A DNA stretch of 63,408 bases, the filler included, from Octopus bimaculoides (taxonomy: Eukaryota), in the NCBI RefSeq assembly GCF_001194135.2. It is 9 parts of 9 records of this genome, joined end to end, with 100 filler letters (N's around TTAATTAATTAA, not from the genome) between each part and the next. Parts side by side here need not be neighbours in the genome. Positions count along the whole stretch, not along the records: positions 1 to 1,697 come from NC_068993.1; positions 1,798 to 15,957 come from NC_068984.1; 7 more parts are not named here. One strand, written 5' to 3'. The position numbers were made by a program, and so were the translations under genes. Below, piece after piece: positions 1-13,639 of this stretch (positions are counted from its first letter, which is position 1; each line of letters begins with the position of its first letter). Under the pieces are notes generated by a model. It saw nothing but the letters and a program-made list of their open reading frames with translations. It had not been told where the DNA came from and did not search any database.

Positions 1-38
<38 letters not shown>

Positions 39-1239
39 GTGTGTGTGTGTATATTTCCTCTTTCTTCTGTGGATATTATGCTTGTCGAATACGAGGTTTC
101 CTCCTAGACGCTCTGTCTTAATAGCGAAGTTGATAGAGATAACGCGTCTGTACACTGAATAATTTGGTGCTTCCCAGCCCGAAGACATCTGTCTGGAAAG
201 CCCACATTAACCTGAACGGGATACTGTCGTACCTTTCATTTGCTGAAGGTGGGATTGTAAGGAACATTTGTTTGCCAACGTCGATCGGGTGACACCAACA
301 TGCGCTGCCAACCCTAAAAAGTCAGTGGGGATACTGATTCATATCCACGATGGTCAGGTCTCTGGTGGGGTGAAATCGCAGCCTACCAGGCCCCGCAAAT
401 ACACCGGTCCTGCTAATTGCAGGAAGATGAAATTGATGAGTTGTGGTCACGCTTTCGTTCAGAACACGGCCGGACGTCAAGAACAAAATATCTCCCCCAC
501 CTCCTAGGGGAAGGTGGTGGGAAAGGAGGAAGTATGTGATTTGTTACGACTCGCCCTTTCTTCTGAATGTCTGAAGTAATGACCGTAGAAAATTTTCGTG
601 ATTCTCTAAAATGCCCTTCCCCAGCATTGTAGATAACAGCATCCACAGCATGAGTACCCTCAGCTTGTCCCATTCCGCAGTTCGTAATATAGACAAGTTT
701 AATAGCTGTTTCTAATAGGACTGAGCTTGCTAAACATTGTGCCGAGTAACCTCAGCGGATGTTTGTTTCTTAGGTTGCTCCTGGGGTGGATGAACCAGGA
801 TCAGGCTCTACTTCTCCGGGGTAGAAAGAAAGAGCCGGATCGATTGACGCTAACAGCACATCAGAGAATCCCTTGGATTTGTCTCAACTTGGGCCATTCT
901 CTATGAATGGTCCTCACCTATTACACCACCAACCGTCTAAACTGGACCTATTTAACGTTGCAGGAGGAACTCTTGTAGGTAACTGCCGCGCCCATGACGT
1001 TTTCCCTTATCTAGGCAATTCTTGCATAAATATGAGGTGGTTGCACAAAAAGCCCTAAAGTTTGCTCAAGGACCAAGGTTAACCCAATATGATGAAGCAT
1101 TTTGATACCTAAGCGCTCCTCAAAACCGAGACTGAAAATTTCTTCTCACAATCTATTTCTACTAATTAAGCAAAAATCGTATCACTTATGTTTTGTATTA
1201 GTTGATATTGGGGATCACGAAACCTTACCGGGGAGGTAG

Positions 1240-1276
<37 letters not shown>

Positions 1277-1394
1277 CAGTCGAATACACATACGTGCGCA
1301 CACACTCAAGCACACGCAAGCGCATACACACACAAGGCGTATACACGGTGTGCCAAAAGACTCGTACCAAAGTAGTTGACATTTTATTAAACTC

Positions 1395-1408
1395 TATTAT
1401 TATTATCA

Positions 1409-1460
<52 letters not shown>

Positions 1461-1513
1461 CATTATTATTATTATTATTATTATCATTATTATTATTATT
1501 ATTATTATTATTC

Positions 1514-1545
<32 letters not shown>
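1395..1545. repeat. (ATT)n microsatellite; many other (TA)n, (TG)n, (CT)n, (GAT)n, (TAGA)n, (TATG)n tracts occur throughout
   Basis: Directly visible. Confidence 0.95.
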
Positions 1546-1548
<3 letters not shown>

Positions 1549-1697
1549 TAGTTTTATTTTTATAACGTGCTTTCACTTCACTACCGAGCGCAGCTCTGTG
1601 CGCCTTGGGTATGTGCTGTGGTTTGCTGTGGTGCTCTTATGTTTACTGTATTGAAAGTGTTTTGCGTAGAATGTGTGCAGTACCCAGTAGTGCAATT
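1546..1697 (-). mobile_element. 3' end of an R4/Dong-like (RLE-type) non-LTR retrotransposon abutting (TAA)n
   Basis: Minus strand encodes IALLGTAHILRKTLSIQ*, a typical R4/Dong C-terminus, followed by a 3' UTR ending in (AAT)n. Near-identical to 26847-27056. Confidence 0.7.
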
Positions 1698-1741
1698 NNN
1701 NNNNNNNNNNNNNNNNNNNNNNNNNNNNNNNNNNNNNNNNN

Positions 1742-1753
1742 TTAATTAATTAA
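1742..1753. other. Artificial six-frame-stop linker TTAATTAATTAA between N runs (also 16002, 30193, 32644, 37642, 39474, 45040, 58071)
   Basis: The identical 12-mer is embedded in similar-length N blocks eight times and gives stops in all six frames. Confidence 0.85.
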
Positions 1754-1797
1754 NNNNNNNNNNNNNNNNNNNNNNNNNNNNNNNNNNNNNNNNNNNN

Positions 1798-1938
1798 CGC
1801 CACCATCCCTTGTCGGAGCCTCGTGGAGCTTTAGGTGTTTTCGCTCAATAAACACTCACAACGCCCGGTCTGGGAATCGAAACCGCGATCCTATGACCGC
1901 GAGTCCGCTGCCCTAACCACTGGGCCATTGCGATTCCA
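1798..1938 (-). mobile_element. tRNA-derived SINE, 5' part (same family as 21830-22216)
   Basis: Reverse complement matches the 21830 copy: A-box-like GGCCCAGTGG, B-box-like GGTTTCGATTCCC. Truncated by a gap. Confidence 0.75.
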
Positions 1939-2720
1939 CTACATATACACACACATACACATAAACGTACATGCTTGCTCAAGAAACACACAGAAGGACC
2001 ATGACTGAAAGTTTCCCTACAATAGTTCTGATAAACTAATTCTATCATGAGCTCGTTAAAAGCGTCGAATTGATACTGTTGCCTGAGTGTTAGTTAGAAT
2101 GTTGGAGTGTTGTGGTATCATATTTCGGCACTTTTCTGCTCGAATTTCAAACCTCACCAAGGTGAGCTTCTCCTTTCTACTTTTCTTTCTGTAGGGGCTG
2201 ATCGAGAAATCTGTTCTAATCCTGGCCGGTGGATTAACAGAAGTGTGAGAGTGCTTGCTGTGATACAGCATGGCTCCAAGTCGGGGCTTTTCTTTTTGTA
2301 TAAAACCGGTGACGTGAAGACGAAAGATAACAATGCATTTGTAATTGCTGAGTCATAAAAAAAATGTTGCCCAAGCTTTTACATGCAAATGCAGGTGAAT
2401 GGCCAATGTAGACTGATAAAGACATGGTATCAACAACACATCATGTGAGCATATTTGTATGTGAGTGATATTTTTTGTGAATGTGTGTGTAATACTGTGT
2501 GTGTGAATTTACGAATATTTGGAGCATATAGCCTCTCTCTATACCTTTAAACGGCCACTTCACAAATGCATCACTTTTCTGTTGAGCTTCCCGCTAGTCA
2601 TAATTCCTTTTATTTAAATAACTTCTTTCTTTGAAATGCTGCTTCCTGGAAATCACTGGTATCGTCTTATTCTGCTCTGGTCTACGACATTCAATCTTTT
2701 AAACGCTCTCTCTTTCTCTT

Positions 2721-2786
<66 letters not shown>

Positions 2787-3656
2787 AACTGACGTCATTT
2801 TAATTTGCAGACTCCTTCTTTTCCTTCTTCGTAATCCCTTACGCTAACCTGGTCGACTTCAAGCCTTGTTTGGAATACAATCGCATTCTAAAAAATGTCT
2901 GTATCCTATNNNNNNNNNNNNNNNNNNNNNNNNNNNNNNNNNNNNNNNNNNNNNNNNNNNNNNNNNNNNNNNNNNNNNNNNNNNNNNNNNNNNNNNNNNN
3001 NNNNNNNNNNNNNNNNNNNNNNNNNNNNNNNNNNNNNNNNNNNNNNNNNNNNNNNNNNNNNNNNNNNNNNNNNNNNNNNNNNNNNNNNNNNNNNNNNNNN
3101 NNNNNNNNNNNNNNNNNNNNNNNNNNNNNNNNNNNNNNNNNNNNNNNNNNNNNNNNNNNNNNNNNNNNNNTATATATATGAATGTGTCGGAAAATGGTAC
3201 AATAAGGAATTTTCTCTATGACTTTATTGGACAAAAGATGAGATACTTTTATGGAAGGAATGGCGGAGAATGTGTGGGTGGCTGTGAAGTATGTTGTTTA
3301 AAAAGTAACCATTACGGTACTAGTATCATTTTTTGTCGATTTCGAAGGTAGCTAAGGATATATCAACCGGTAGGTTTTCAATTCTTATACATATAATGCA
3401 ATTTGTTGTTTTTTTTCACACAGACGTAAAACCAGATATTTTGAGGGAGGATGTGAGTCACTGATATCGAATCTAGTACTTGACTGGTCCTTCTCTTTCT
3501 CGACCACGAGAGGATAAAAGGTAAAGATGAATTTGAACTCAATTTGATTTTAAACTCGGAATTTGAACTCAAAACATAAAGAGTAAGAACAATCACCACA
3601 AGTCATACCTCCAACCTTCTAACGATTCTACCAGTCGACCGCCATAGTAGAAATAG

Positions 3657-3731
<75 letters not shown>

Positions 3732-4075
3732 CGGTAATTTTTCCTGACATTCATTAAAGAGACACTTTAATAAATATTTACCAGTTGTATTTATGTCATA
3801 TACCCGATGCATGTCAACCTACTTAATGAAATACTCTGAAACAAGCGCATTCGTCAGTCTCAGAAAATGACAGATTTTGTAAAGATTTTTTTTTTTTAAC
3901 TGTGATCTCCAGCTTACACACATCAAACTTGACATGATTTTACAAGAGAAAAAGTTAAAACCATTGTGTTTAAAATACATGGCATACAAGAGGTCAAATT
4001 TGGCTTCCATACTTCTAGCGGCGGGGGTGGTGATGATCAATAATTTATGTAGCAGTCATGAACTGCGGTGACCAT

Positions 4076-4148
<73 letters not shown>

Positions 4149-4914
4149 GCTTTTTCTTATACAGTTCTCAAGTGAACTACAACTATAACTCATCGGATAA
4201 AAGAAGGGACAGAAAGTAGAAATAATTCAAGCAAAGAAAAGCAGAAACGAAAGCCAAAAGTGCATACATAGCACACAGAATAAAACACGGAAAGATAGAT
4301 AACTGAACAGTAAAAGAGCCATAAAAAGGAAAGGATGAAACTTTCGGGAAGCATAGCATTTTTGAAGGCTACGGTCTTCTGACAGCTGGCAGCTGATGCC
4401 GGTAATTTATTCCATGCTTCGACAATTGTGAACAGGAAAATAAAGTTTCCAGAAGATAGGGGTTCTTCGCTCTTTTTTTTTTTTTTTTTTTTNNNNNNNN
4501 NNTCTTCGCTCTTTTTTTTTTTTTTTTTTTCAGAAGCATGCCCACAGGTGGTAGAGGCATTGAAATCATAAAGATGACCAAAGCTTTTGCTGATCTAATG
4601 CTCCTCCTCCCCTCCCCTCCTCCTCCTAAAGATATCTGTCCTATATATTAGCGAGAATACATTATTATTGATAAAAGGTTGTAAGTCGACAAGCTGACAG
4701 AATCGTTGACGCTCCGGAAAAAAGGCTTAGAGGCATCTCTTCAAAATGAAAAAAATCGCTTCTAAAACTTAACATTGCCAATTAAACTAGCCTGACGTAC
4801 GTTGCAAAATTACCGATTGGCTGGCGATTGCATGGTCAATATTTCGGTCAGTGTGGTAAAATTCTACAGAGCATAGCTTACTTAAATGTTATTTATAAAC
4901 TGTACTTTGTCAAA

Positions 4915-5130
4915 TCGAAAGTGTTTCTCCAGGATCACTGCAAAATAAACAGTGCGCTGAATGATGAGGAGGCTGGAGTAAAGAAGTGTGTATGGGAACT
5001 GGACGAACAGATTCTCATCAACTCTGATGTCCTTTAGGAAGTGAAGCAGAACTACCGAAGTCTATTGATAGCGCGGTTAGACTATAAGAAGGTGTTTGAC
5101 TCTTTCTCAATCATGAATACTTGAGTCACT
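4915..5130 (+). mobile_element. Degenerate RT fragment of an R4/Dong/NeSL-type non-LTR retrotransposon
   Basis: LNDEEAGVKKCVWELDEQILINSDVL*EVKQNYRSLLIARLDYKKVFDS matches the EQ.G.K.G..G..EQLLIN...WLDYKKAFDS RT region, with an in-frame stop. Confidence 0.6.
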
Positions 5131-7171
5131 GCTCCTTGCCAGTGCTTCATTATACTAAACACAATTTAAAGATTGACCACACAACTATCACTAAGAACTG
5201 CAGCAACTCCTATACGTTTACGCTGCGTAAACATTCATACTAACCATCACGTATAACTTCAACGCTAACAATGATATCGATAGTACTAAAAGAGTGGTAC
5301 AGACAAAACCTCAAACGTTCTCTAAGTGTCGCATGGTAGACAGCGTCGTTATTAAGTAAAGGAAGAAATGAATACATTACGTGTTTCCTCATCAATGACT
5401 GTAATAACATCTTGCAAATAGCGACTAAGAGTACCTAAACAGGAACACTAAATGTATAGATGTTTCGTGTGATGCAACGGTAGCTCACGTGACTTAAACT
5501 AACAAAAACTTAGAGAAACGCTCATCAAATCAGTCGAAAATTATGCTTTGTTGCATATCCCACGTTCTAGAAGATATCAACAATGACAGGGAGTGTCATG
5601 TTATTGCCCTACCGCGTGTAATTTGAGCGAAAACTGGCTTCTATTTCTTGTTAGTCAAGTAATCAGAATTTCCTTTGTTGGCTTGACAACAATAACGTTT
5701 TAAAAACCATAAACTTGGTACTGTAATGAATTTAGTGGATTTAATCAGCAAGTATTTTATTTTACCGACCTCGGAAGAATGAACAACAATGTCGAAATCG
5801 GTTTTGAAATCAGAACATAAAGTTTGACTTCACGTTTAGAAGTATTATAAACGAAAGCAATTCGGCAATTTCATGAACAGAAAGTGGAGCAGACCATATT
5901 GTAAGTGGAACTAATTTCTGAACTGGTTGTGTTAAATAGAACTCAAGAAAAAACAGAAATTAAAAAGAAAAAAACTGGAATTTCGGCTGTCTGCAGTGTT
6001 GTGTTTAAACAGAACTATGGAATAAGCACTAGGCAATAGGAAATACATTAATACTGAATTGATTGAGAGAAGAGACCTCAATCGCCCCGACGGTTACTGA
6101 CATCAGCTCAGGAATATGACTTGCATACCTCTTTATGTTGAAGCTATCTTACTCAGATATCCACCATCATGTGAATACATCACGCTACAACGACACTGAT
6201 GTTTGTCAGGAAATCTGATATTATTTTTCATCACTAAATATACTGAAAATGTGATGTTTATGTTTTGTTAGGAAAGCATTTCGAAAGCGGGTGAGCAGAT
6301 TGGATACGAGAATAACGTCAATTGCAAAATTCAGTAAAGGAAATATTGTGCTGTTTAGTCTTTTTGAAAGCGCAAATAAGCAGCTTCAGACACTTTAAAA
6401 GGGATCTTCTATGTCGTTGCTCGATCTGCTGAAAATAGCAGCCAAATCTACTATACATCCCATTTTAGCATCATGAAAATGATGGTGGGAGATCGCTTCA
6501 GATAATATAGTTGAAGACAAACTACGTCTGAATTTTGAAAAAGAAAAAAATGAATTCATCGTGGTGTGAAAACTTTTGATGGTATGTCAACTGGATCAGA
6601 ATTAGCCTAGGGCTAAACAAGAATGACGAGAATTTGAATTTATCAAAAGCAGTGATACTGCTGCATTTCTCGCCAACATAGGAATGGATGGAACATTAAA
6701 AAATACAGGGATAATAATGATAGGAAATAGATAATATTGGAATCGTGTCATCATTATAGATCAGTCGGTAAATATGGAGGGCTTATATCTTATTACCTTC
6801 GTCATCATCATCATCATCATCATCATCATCACCACTATCATCATCATCATCATCATCAATATCATCATCATCATCATCGTCATCATCAACATCATCATCT
6901 TCACGATTACAACTACAATGAGTGTGTTCGTTCGCGTGGTAGTGCTCGTGTTGTGTGGTGGTGCTGGTGATCTTGTAATGATGATGATGATGATGATGAC
7001 GACGACGACGACATCGCAATGATATCAAGGAGCCGGTGGGGGAATCTATACCAACGTCGAGAAAGACGGCAAAGAAAACAAATATACAGAGCACACACTC
7101 ACACACTCACACATACAAGCACACAAGTATATGTATATGTGTGTGTGTGTGTGTGTGCGTGTGTGTGTGTG

Positions 7172-7228
<57 letters not shown>

Positions 7229-7534
7229 TGGGGGCGTATGTGTCCACAGCCTTGGCCAAAAGTATTAGGCCACCCCAATGTTTTGGGGTTCTGCTATCTC
7301 CGTATTAATGAAACTCGTGCACATGGTAGATTATGGTATATTTCACAATATACATTAGTTTTAATATCTGGTTGACCCTCCTTTAGCATCAATTACCGCT
7401 TTTATACGGTTAGGCATTGAATCAACTAGTTTCTTGCAGGTGCTAGGCGCAATTATACTCCATTCTTCTCTTAACGTTTGGTACAAATGCTCTTTATTTT
7501 CAATTGTTGTGTTCCTGATAGCGTCACCAAGAGT

Positions 7535-7855
7535 TCCTCACGTTGCAGCTCAATTAAAAAACATGTTATCTTGGCTCAAAGGAGATGGACTGGACACGTT
7601 ATTAGAATGAAAGACGAGCGTTTGCTAAAGCGTCTTTTCTATAGTGAGCTCACCTCTGGTAAGCGACCACAACATAAGCCGAGGAAAATGTATAAAGGAT
7701 TGTGTGAAGGAAAAATCTGAAGAAACTAGATACGAACAAAAGTGATTGGTAAAATGACATTCTAGATTGGAACAAGTGGAGAGGTGCTGTTAGGACTGGT
7801 TGCAATGCCTGGGAGGAAAAGATGATTGAGCACTCTGAGCTTAAAATTTCTACAA
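7535..7855 (+). mobile_element. RTE/BovB-like LINE C-terminal fragment
   Basis: AQRRWTGHVIRMKDERLLKRLFYSELTSGKRPQHKPRK, then after a frameshift CVKENLKKL...WRGAVRTGC. Confidence 0.75.
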
Positions 7856-8003
7856 ATTTAGCTACGTATATATGTGTGTGTGTGTGTGTCTGTGTGTGTG
7901 TGTGTGTATAAAGAAATAAATTATGTGCTTGTATCAGTGTGTATGAATGTACTCATATGTATAGTTCGTATGAAATTACTCTATTTATTTGAGTCTGTGT
8001 GTT

Positions 8004-8067
<64 letters not shown>

Positions 8068-8394
8068 TGTATGTATGTGTGTGTGTGTGTGTGTGTTAGT
8101 GTGTATGTCCAGAGTGTGTGAGTGTAAGTTTTCCACAGTTCTTAAAGAGGAGGCATATTCATACAAGAAGACAGTAATTGTAGCCAAACACTTCAATACT
8201 TACGCATGAAATACATATATGTTCTACTCAAGTTTGTAATCTGTTACCTAATGTGGAATCTGTAAAGTTGTAAAGTCTATGTGCGAGTATAATAATATAT
8301 ACGATATATACAATCATGAGTATCATACACATATATACACATACGTACATATATATGTATATCTATATTTATATCTATCTATCTATCTATCTAC

Positions 8395-8430
<36 letters not shown>

Positions 8431-8926
8431 TTATATTATCATTATTAATAAATCATAGGGCAGCAAAAAAAATTTTAGAAATTTAATTTACCACCAGTGG
8501 TCCAGCGAGAATAAAAATTAGTCAATAGACTATATATATATTATTCATTTAAAATTAAACATGCGCGGTAAATTTTGAAAAATTAGACATGTAAGCGCAA
8601 GTCGTGTTTTCCTATGACTCGTGTTTACACGCTGTCCTGGTACTCTGCTGAAGATAGGTGCCGAGCAAGTTATAATTTTATCTTGCTAAATAACTTGAAA
8701 CCTGGTAAAAGTTTTTATTTTTCATTCTCTTTCGAAATTATCCATATTTTTGTGGTATAGAGTTTTTTGCTGCTCTCTTTCTAGTGGGTTAGATGTCCTA
8801 TTATAGGCATCTCTGTACTTTAAATGAATAATATATCTATCTATAGATAGATGCATGTATATGTGTGTAGATGGACATAGATTTGTATGTATGTATGTAT
8901 GTATGTATGTATATACATGTGTATGA

Positions 8927-9010
<84 letters not shown>

Positions 9011-9037
9011 GCACATGTACAGGTAGATATGTCTCCT

Positions 9038-9072
9038 GTTTCTGAAGAAGAGCTTTGCTCGAAAAGTAAAAC
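9038..9072 (+). ncRNA. Degenerate minimal hammerhead, related to the 20759 repeat
   Basis: GTTT-CTGAAGA-A-GAGC-ttt-GCTC-GAAAA-GTA|AAAC. C15.2 is replaced by A. It is followed by the same ...TTCCC(A)GAGCGTC tail as the 20759 copy. Confidence 0.45.
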
Positions 9073-9371
9073 CACCTTCCTTTCCTTCCCAGAGCGTCTG
9101 CTAATACTTTGCATGTACCACGTCCACGCGTTGTTGCTTCTTTCCTTGTGTTTGTTCTTCGCTTTCTTTGGATTTACTACACATATACAGACAGACAGAC
9201 AGGCAAGCAGGCAGGCAGGCAGGCAGGCAGACAGACAGACAGACAGACATACAGACAGATAGATAGATAGGTAGAGAGATAGATATTTTTATATACATAC
9301 ATGCTCGTATTTGTGCGTGTTTATGTGCTTGAAGATATGAATATATAATACACACGCACACACGCACACAA

Positions 9372-9415
<44 letters not shown>

Positions 9416-10126
9416 AATCATTCACAGATACTTATGTCTACTTAAGAATGTAATAAGTCTTCTTACAAATGACACTTCTGTATATCTTAATGTTTACAAC
9501 TTAGTTACATATTGCTTTCGTGATTATAAATATGTTTACCTACTTTAACACTTTTCTCCTCTCTACCCCTGGCTCCATCTGGCATCCCCTTTTCTCCCTT
9601 CCCCACCAGTCTCTCTCTCTCACTCTCTCTCTCTCTCTCTCTCTCTTACTCTCTCTCCCATGTTCCTTTTATATATATATGTATATATATATATANNNNN
9701 NNNNNNNNNNNNNNNNNNNNNNNNNNNNNNNNNNNNNNNNNNNNNNNNNNNNNNNNNNNNNNNNNNNNNNNNNNNNNNNNNNNNNNNNNNNNNNNNNNNN
9801 NNNNNNNNNNNNNNNNNNNNNNNNNNNNNNNNNNNNNNNNNNNNNNNNNNNNNNNNNNNNNNNNNNNNNNNNNNNNNNNNNNNNNNNNNNNNNNNNNNNN
9901 NNNNNNNNNNNNNNNNNNNNNNNNNNNNNNNNNNNNNNNNNNNNNNNNNNNNNNNNNNNNNNNNNNNNNNNNNNNNNNNNNNNNNNNNNNNNNNNNNNNN
10001 NNNNNNNNNNNNNNNNNNNNNNNNNNNNNNNNNNNNNNNNNNNNNNNNNNNNNNNNNNNNNNNNNNNNNNNNNNNTATATATGCATCACTATAAATCATC
10101 CACTCCATTTCTTTCTCTTTCTCTCT

Positions 10127-10173
<47 letters not shown>

Positions 10174-11280
10174 ACTCTCCTCTCTCCGGTTACTTATTTC
10201 AAATTTCCCCCATCGCTTCTTCACTTTCCCCAACACACTCTCTCTCTCCCCTCGCTCTCTCTCTCCTTTTTATCTCAAACCTCTGTGTTCTCCTTCCCTC
10301 CTCACTATACGGTTTTATTTCAGTGTTTCTTTTTTTGATCCGATTCTTCCTTTCTCAATATCATCATTCTGTCTCTCCCTCTCTCCCTCTATCCCTCTAT
10401 CCCTCCTTCCCTTTTCTCTCTCTCTCTCTTTCTCTCGCTCTTTCTCTCCTTTATTCATTGTCTTCATCTCTGTCTAGTTCTCTCTATCGCTCCATCGTCT
10501 TATAACTGTTATCTACACACCCACCCTCTGTCNNNNNNNNNNNNNNNNNNNNNNNNNNNNNNNNNNNNNNNNNNNNNNNNNNNNNNNNNNNNNNNNNNNN
10601 NNNNNNNNNNNNNNNNNNNNNNNNNNNNNNNNNNNNNNNNNNNNNNNNNNNNNNNNNNNNNNNNNNNNNNNNNNNNNNNNNNNNNNNNNNNNNNNNNNNN
10701 NNNNNNNNNNNNNNNNNNNNNNNNNNNNNNNNNNNNNNNNNNNNNNNNNNNNNNNNNNNNNNNNNNNNNNNNNNNNNNNNNNNNNNNNNNNNNNNNNNNN
10801 NNNNNNNNNNNNNNNNNNNNNNNNNNNNNNNNNNNNNNNNNNNNNNNNNNNNNNNNNNNNNNNNNNNNNNNNNNNNNNNNNNNNNNNNNNNNNNNNNNNN
10901 NNNNNNNNNNNNNNNNNNNNNNNNNNNNNNNNNNNNNNNNNNNNNNNNNNNNNNNNNNNNNNNNNNNNNNNNNNNNNNNNNNNNNNNNNNNNNNNNNNNN
11001 NNNNNNNNNNNNNNNNNNNNNNNNNNNNNNNNNNNNNNNNNNNNNNNNNNNNNNNNNNNNNNNNNNNNNNNNNNNNNNNNNNNNNNNNNNNNNNNNNNNN
11101 NNNNNNNNNNNNNNNNNNNNNNNNNNNNNNNNNNNNNNNNNNNNNNNNNNNNNNNNNNNNNNNNNNNNNNNNNNNNNNNNNNNNNNNNNNNNNNNNNNNN
11201 NNNNNNNNNNNNNNNNNNNNNNNNNNNNNNNNNNNNNNNNNNNNNNNNNNNNNNNNNNNNNNNNNNNNNNNNNNNNNNNN

Positions 11281-11324
<44 letters not shown>

Positions 11325-12039
11325 CGTATGTATCTATCTATCAAACTATCTATCCATCTATCCATCTGTCTATCTATCTACATGCAACCAGTAGTGGGGA
11401 AGAGATATATAAACTTTCCCTCACATGTAGTCATACAGTCTCATTTGATACATATATGTGTATTCATTTTCTTACATTCACACTTGATATAAACATATAC
11501 ATGTGATATATAGATAGATAGATAGATACATACATACATACATACATACATGCATGACTTTACAAGACACGCACTCACACACGCTTTCACATAAAAACAT
11601 TCATGTATACATATGCATATATATGACTACTTCTTTACCTAGAATATATTTAAACATGTGTTTGTTAATTTGTAGTTTAGACAGTTCTTCTCAAGTGTCT
11701 AAATCTTTTGTTTTCTTCCAGTTGACAAGAAGAAAATTGTGTTTTTACTACATCAAGTCCTTAAAAAAGATTGGAACACACACACACACACACACACACA
11801 CATTCACGCACGCACAATTTACATATGTACATATATATCCCTAGCTACATATATATATATTGTAGTCCTAAATCCTGTTTTCTCACACAAACGCTCACGC
11901 GCACACACATATATACCCTTGTATATGTCATTGCACATACATACGTGAAAATATACAGGAACCCATTTTCTATTAAAAATTTGTTGTCTCCCACAACATA
12001 TGTGGTGTGTTCCAGAGTTTTGAGATATTTTCAGGAGAG

Positions 12040-12330
12040 ACATTAATTTCAAAGAAGTACAAAAACTTTAATTTCCTTCAAAGTCGGATCCTTTGACTTC
12101 AATGCAGTCGCTTCGTAAAGGCCCCATAGAAGTCCTCCAATGTGAAGATGCCCAGGCAGGACCTTTGTCACAGCCTCCTTCAAGTAAGGAAACAGTCAAA
12201 AGTCACAGAAAGAAATGTCTGGCTCATAAGGAGAGTAAAGGACAGTTTTGATGCCCAACTCTGTCAAGTAGTTGATTACCAAGATGGAATTGAGGTCTTG
12301 CATATTGGCCTGATCTCTTTCTGATCATTT
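12040..12330 (-). mobile_element. Mariner transposase C-terminal relic, internally deleted
   Basis: Minus strand encodes NSILVINYLTELGIKTVLYSPYEPDISFCDF*LFPYLK (YSPDL motif variant) and CIEVKGSDFEG. Confidence 0.6.
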
Positions 12331-13376
12331 TCAAAACCACTCCAAAAAGAATTCTTTGTTGACAGCATGGCCAGAAGGAACGCAGTGGATGCAAATGAAG
12401 CATTTGCTGTCGAAAAAGGCTTTGAAAATAAGAAGTCCTGGGGTCGATTCATTCGACTAAACATTCAAGGTAGTGCACGAGCATGGTCTAATGACTGAAA
12501 CAAGCAAAAAATAAAAGACTATATAAACAATTTATAATGAAAGATGAGCGATATAAGTTTTAAAATTTTTTGTCTGGGTGTATTATTTTATTTTATTACC
12601 TCCAAAGTTTCCCATTCATCTGATTTCAACTACTCATATTCACTTTGCCAGATGAAGGTTAGAGAGAAGGAAAATCATAATTACAGTCACCATATCATAC
12701 TGGGGTAGCATGAAATTTCGGTGAAATTGGTGTTCTGCACCGGAAAAAGGAAGTCGTAAGCTACCAGTAGAGTCGTCGAACGGAAAACCTGCTTAGGGAT
12801 TTCATCTCGCGGAAGTTTGTCAGACGAAGAAAACGTAATGGCTACTCAATGAAGTTATTGACCGAGTGACGTCCTGAACACATCTGAAGACCTGTAACAT
12901 ACTTTGTTTGTTTTCGAAGCTTGGAAAACGGCGTTTTATACTGTAGCGTCAGCTACAGGCTATGTAAACATTTTGTGACGGAAGATGTTTGAAAATAAAT
13001 TGTAATATCTGTACGAATTTTTTATTTCATGTACACACACAGAAGCGCGCGCACGACTGTGTGCGTATGATTCGGAAAATAAAGGGGAGTAATCCAATAA
13101 CACAAGTTATTTTATCCGACGTTCACCAGATGTAATATGCGGGTGGATTCTACGATGCCACCCGCATGTCTTATGTACACGAGTATTTATTGTTGTGTAT
13201 GTATTATGCCTGTATTTATGTAAGCATGTATGTCTGTGCGGATATATGCATGTATTTCTGTTTGCATGAATCTGTGCCTATATAGTGTTACAGTTTCAAC
13301 TGGGTGTTCATTAGCTGTTGCTGGTTCAGAAAAACCGCTCATCAGAAAATTTTGAAAAGAAAAGGAAACACACATG

Positions 13377-13423
<47 letters not shown>

Positions 13424-13639
13424 TCACTCTCTCTCCCTCTCTTTCTCGCTTTCTCTCTCTCAATCTATTTTTCTCTCTTTCTTTCATGCACACACACACA
13501 TACATACATACATACATACATACACACGTGCGCGCACAAACGCACTCACGACGTTTGATCTCAAAGTAGTGCAAGAGTCGGAAAATAACATTTTGTTAAC
13601 TGTCATAGGTAGATCAAATTGCACATGTTGAGGAAAGTA

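Noticed and set aside
4428-4460. GTGAACA-GGAAA/TTTCC, a possible second G3-C8 hammerhead
   Set aside because: It is followed by AGAAG rather than GAAA, with no stem I or III closure.
8650-8712. CTGAAGA...GAAAC hammerhead candidate
   Set aside because: The CAAGTTAT/ATAACTTG stem does not start next to the core and no stem I partner exists.
12885-12925. CTGAAGA...CGAAGCTT
   Set aside because: Stem II and stem I do not pair and the GAAA is incomplete.
13260-13345. Minus-strand CTGATGAG with downstream GAAAC
   Set aside because: No stem II closes onto GAAA and there is no stem I pairing.
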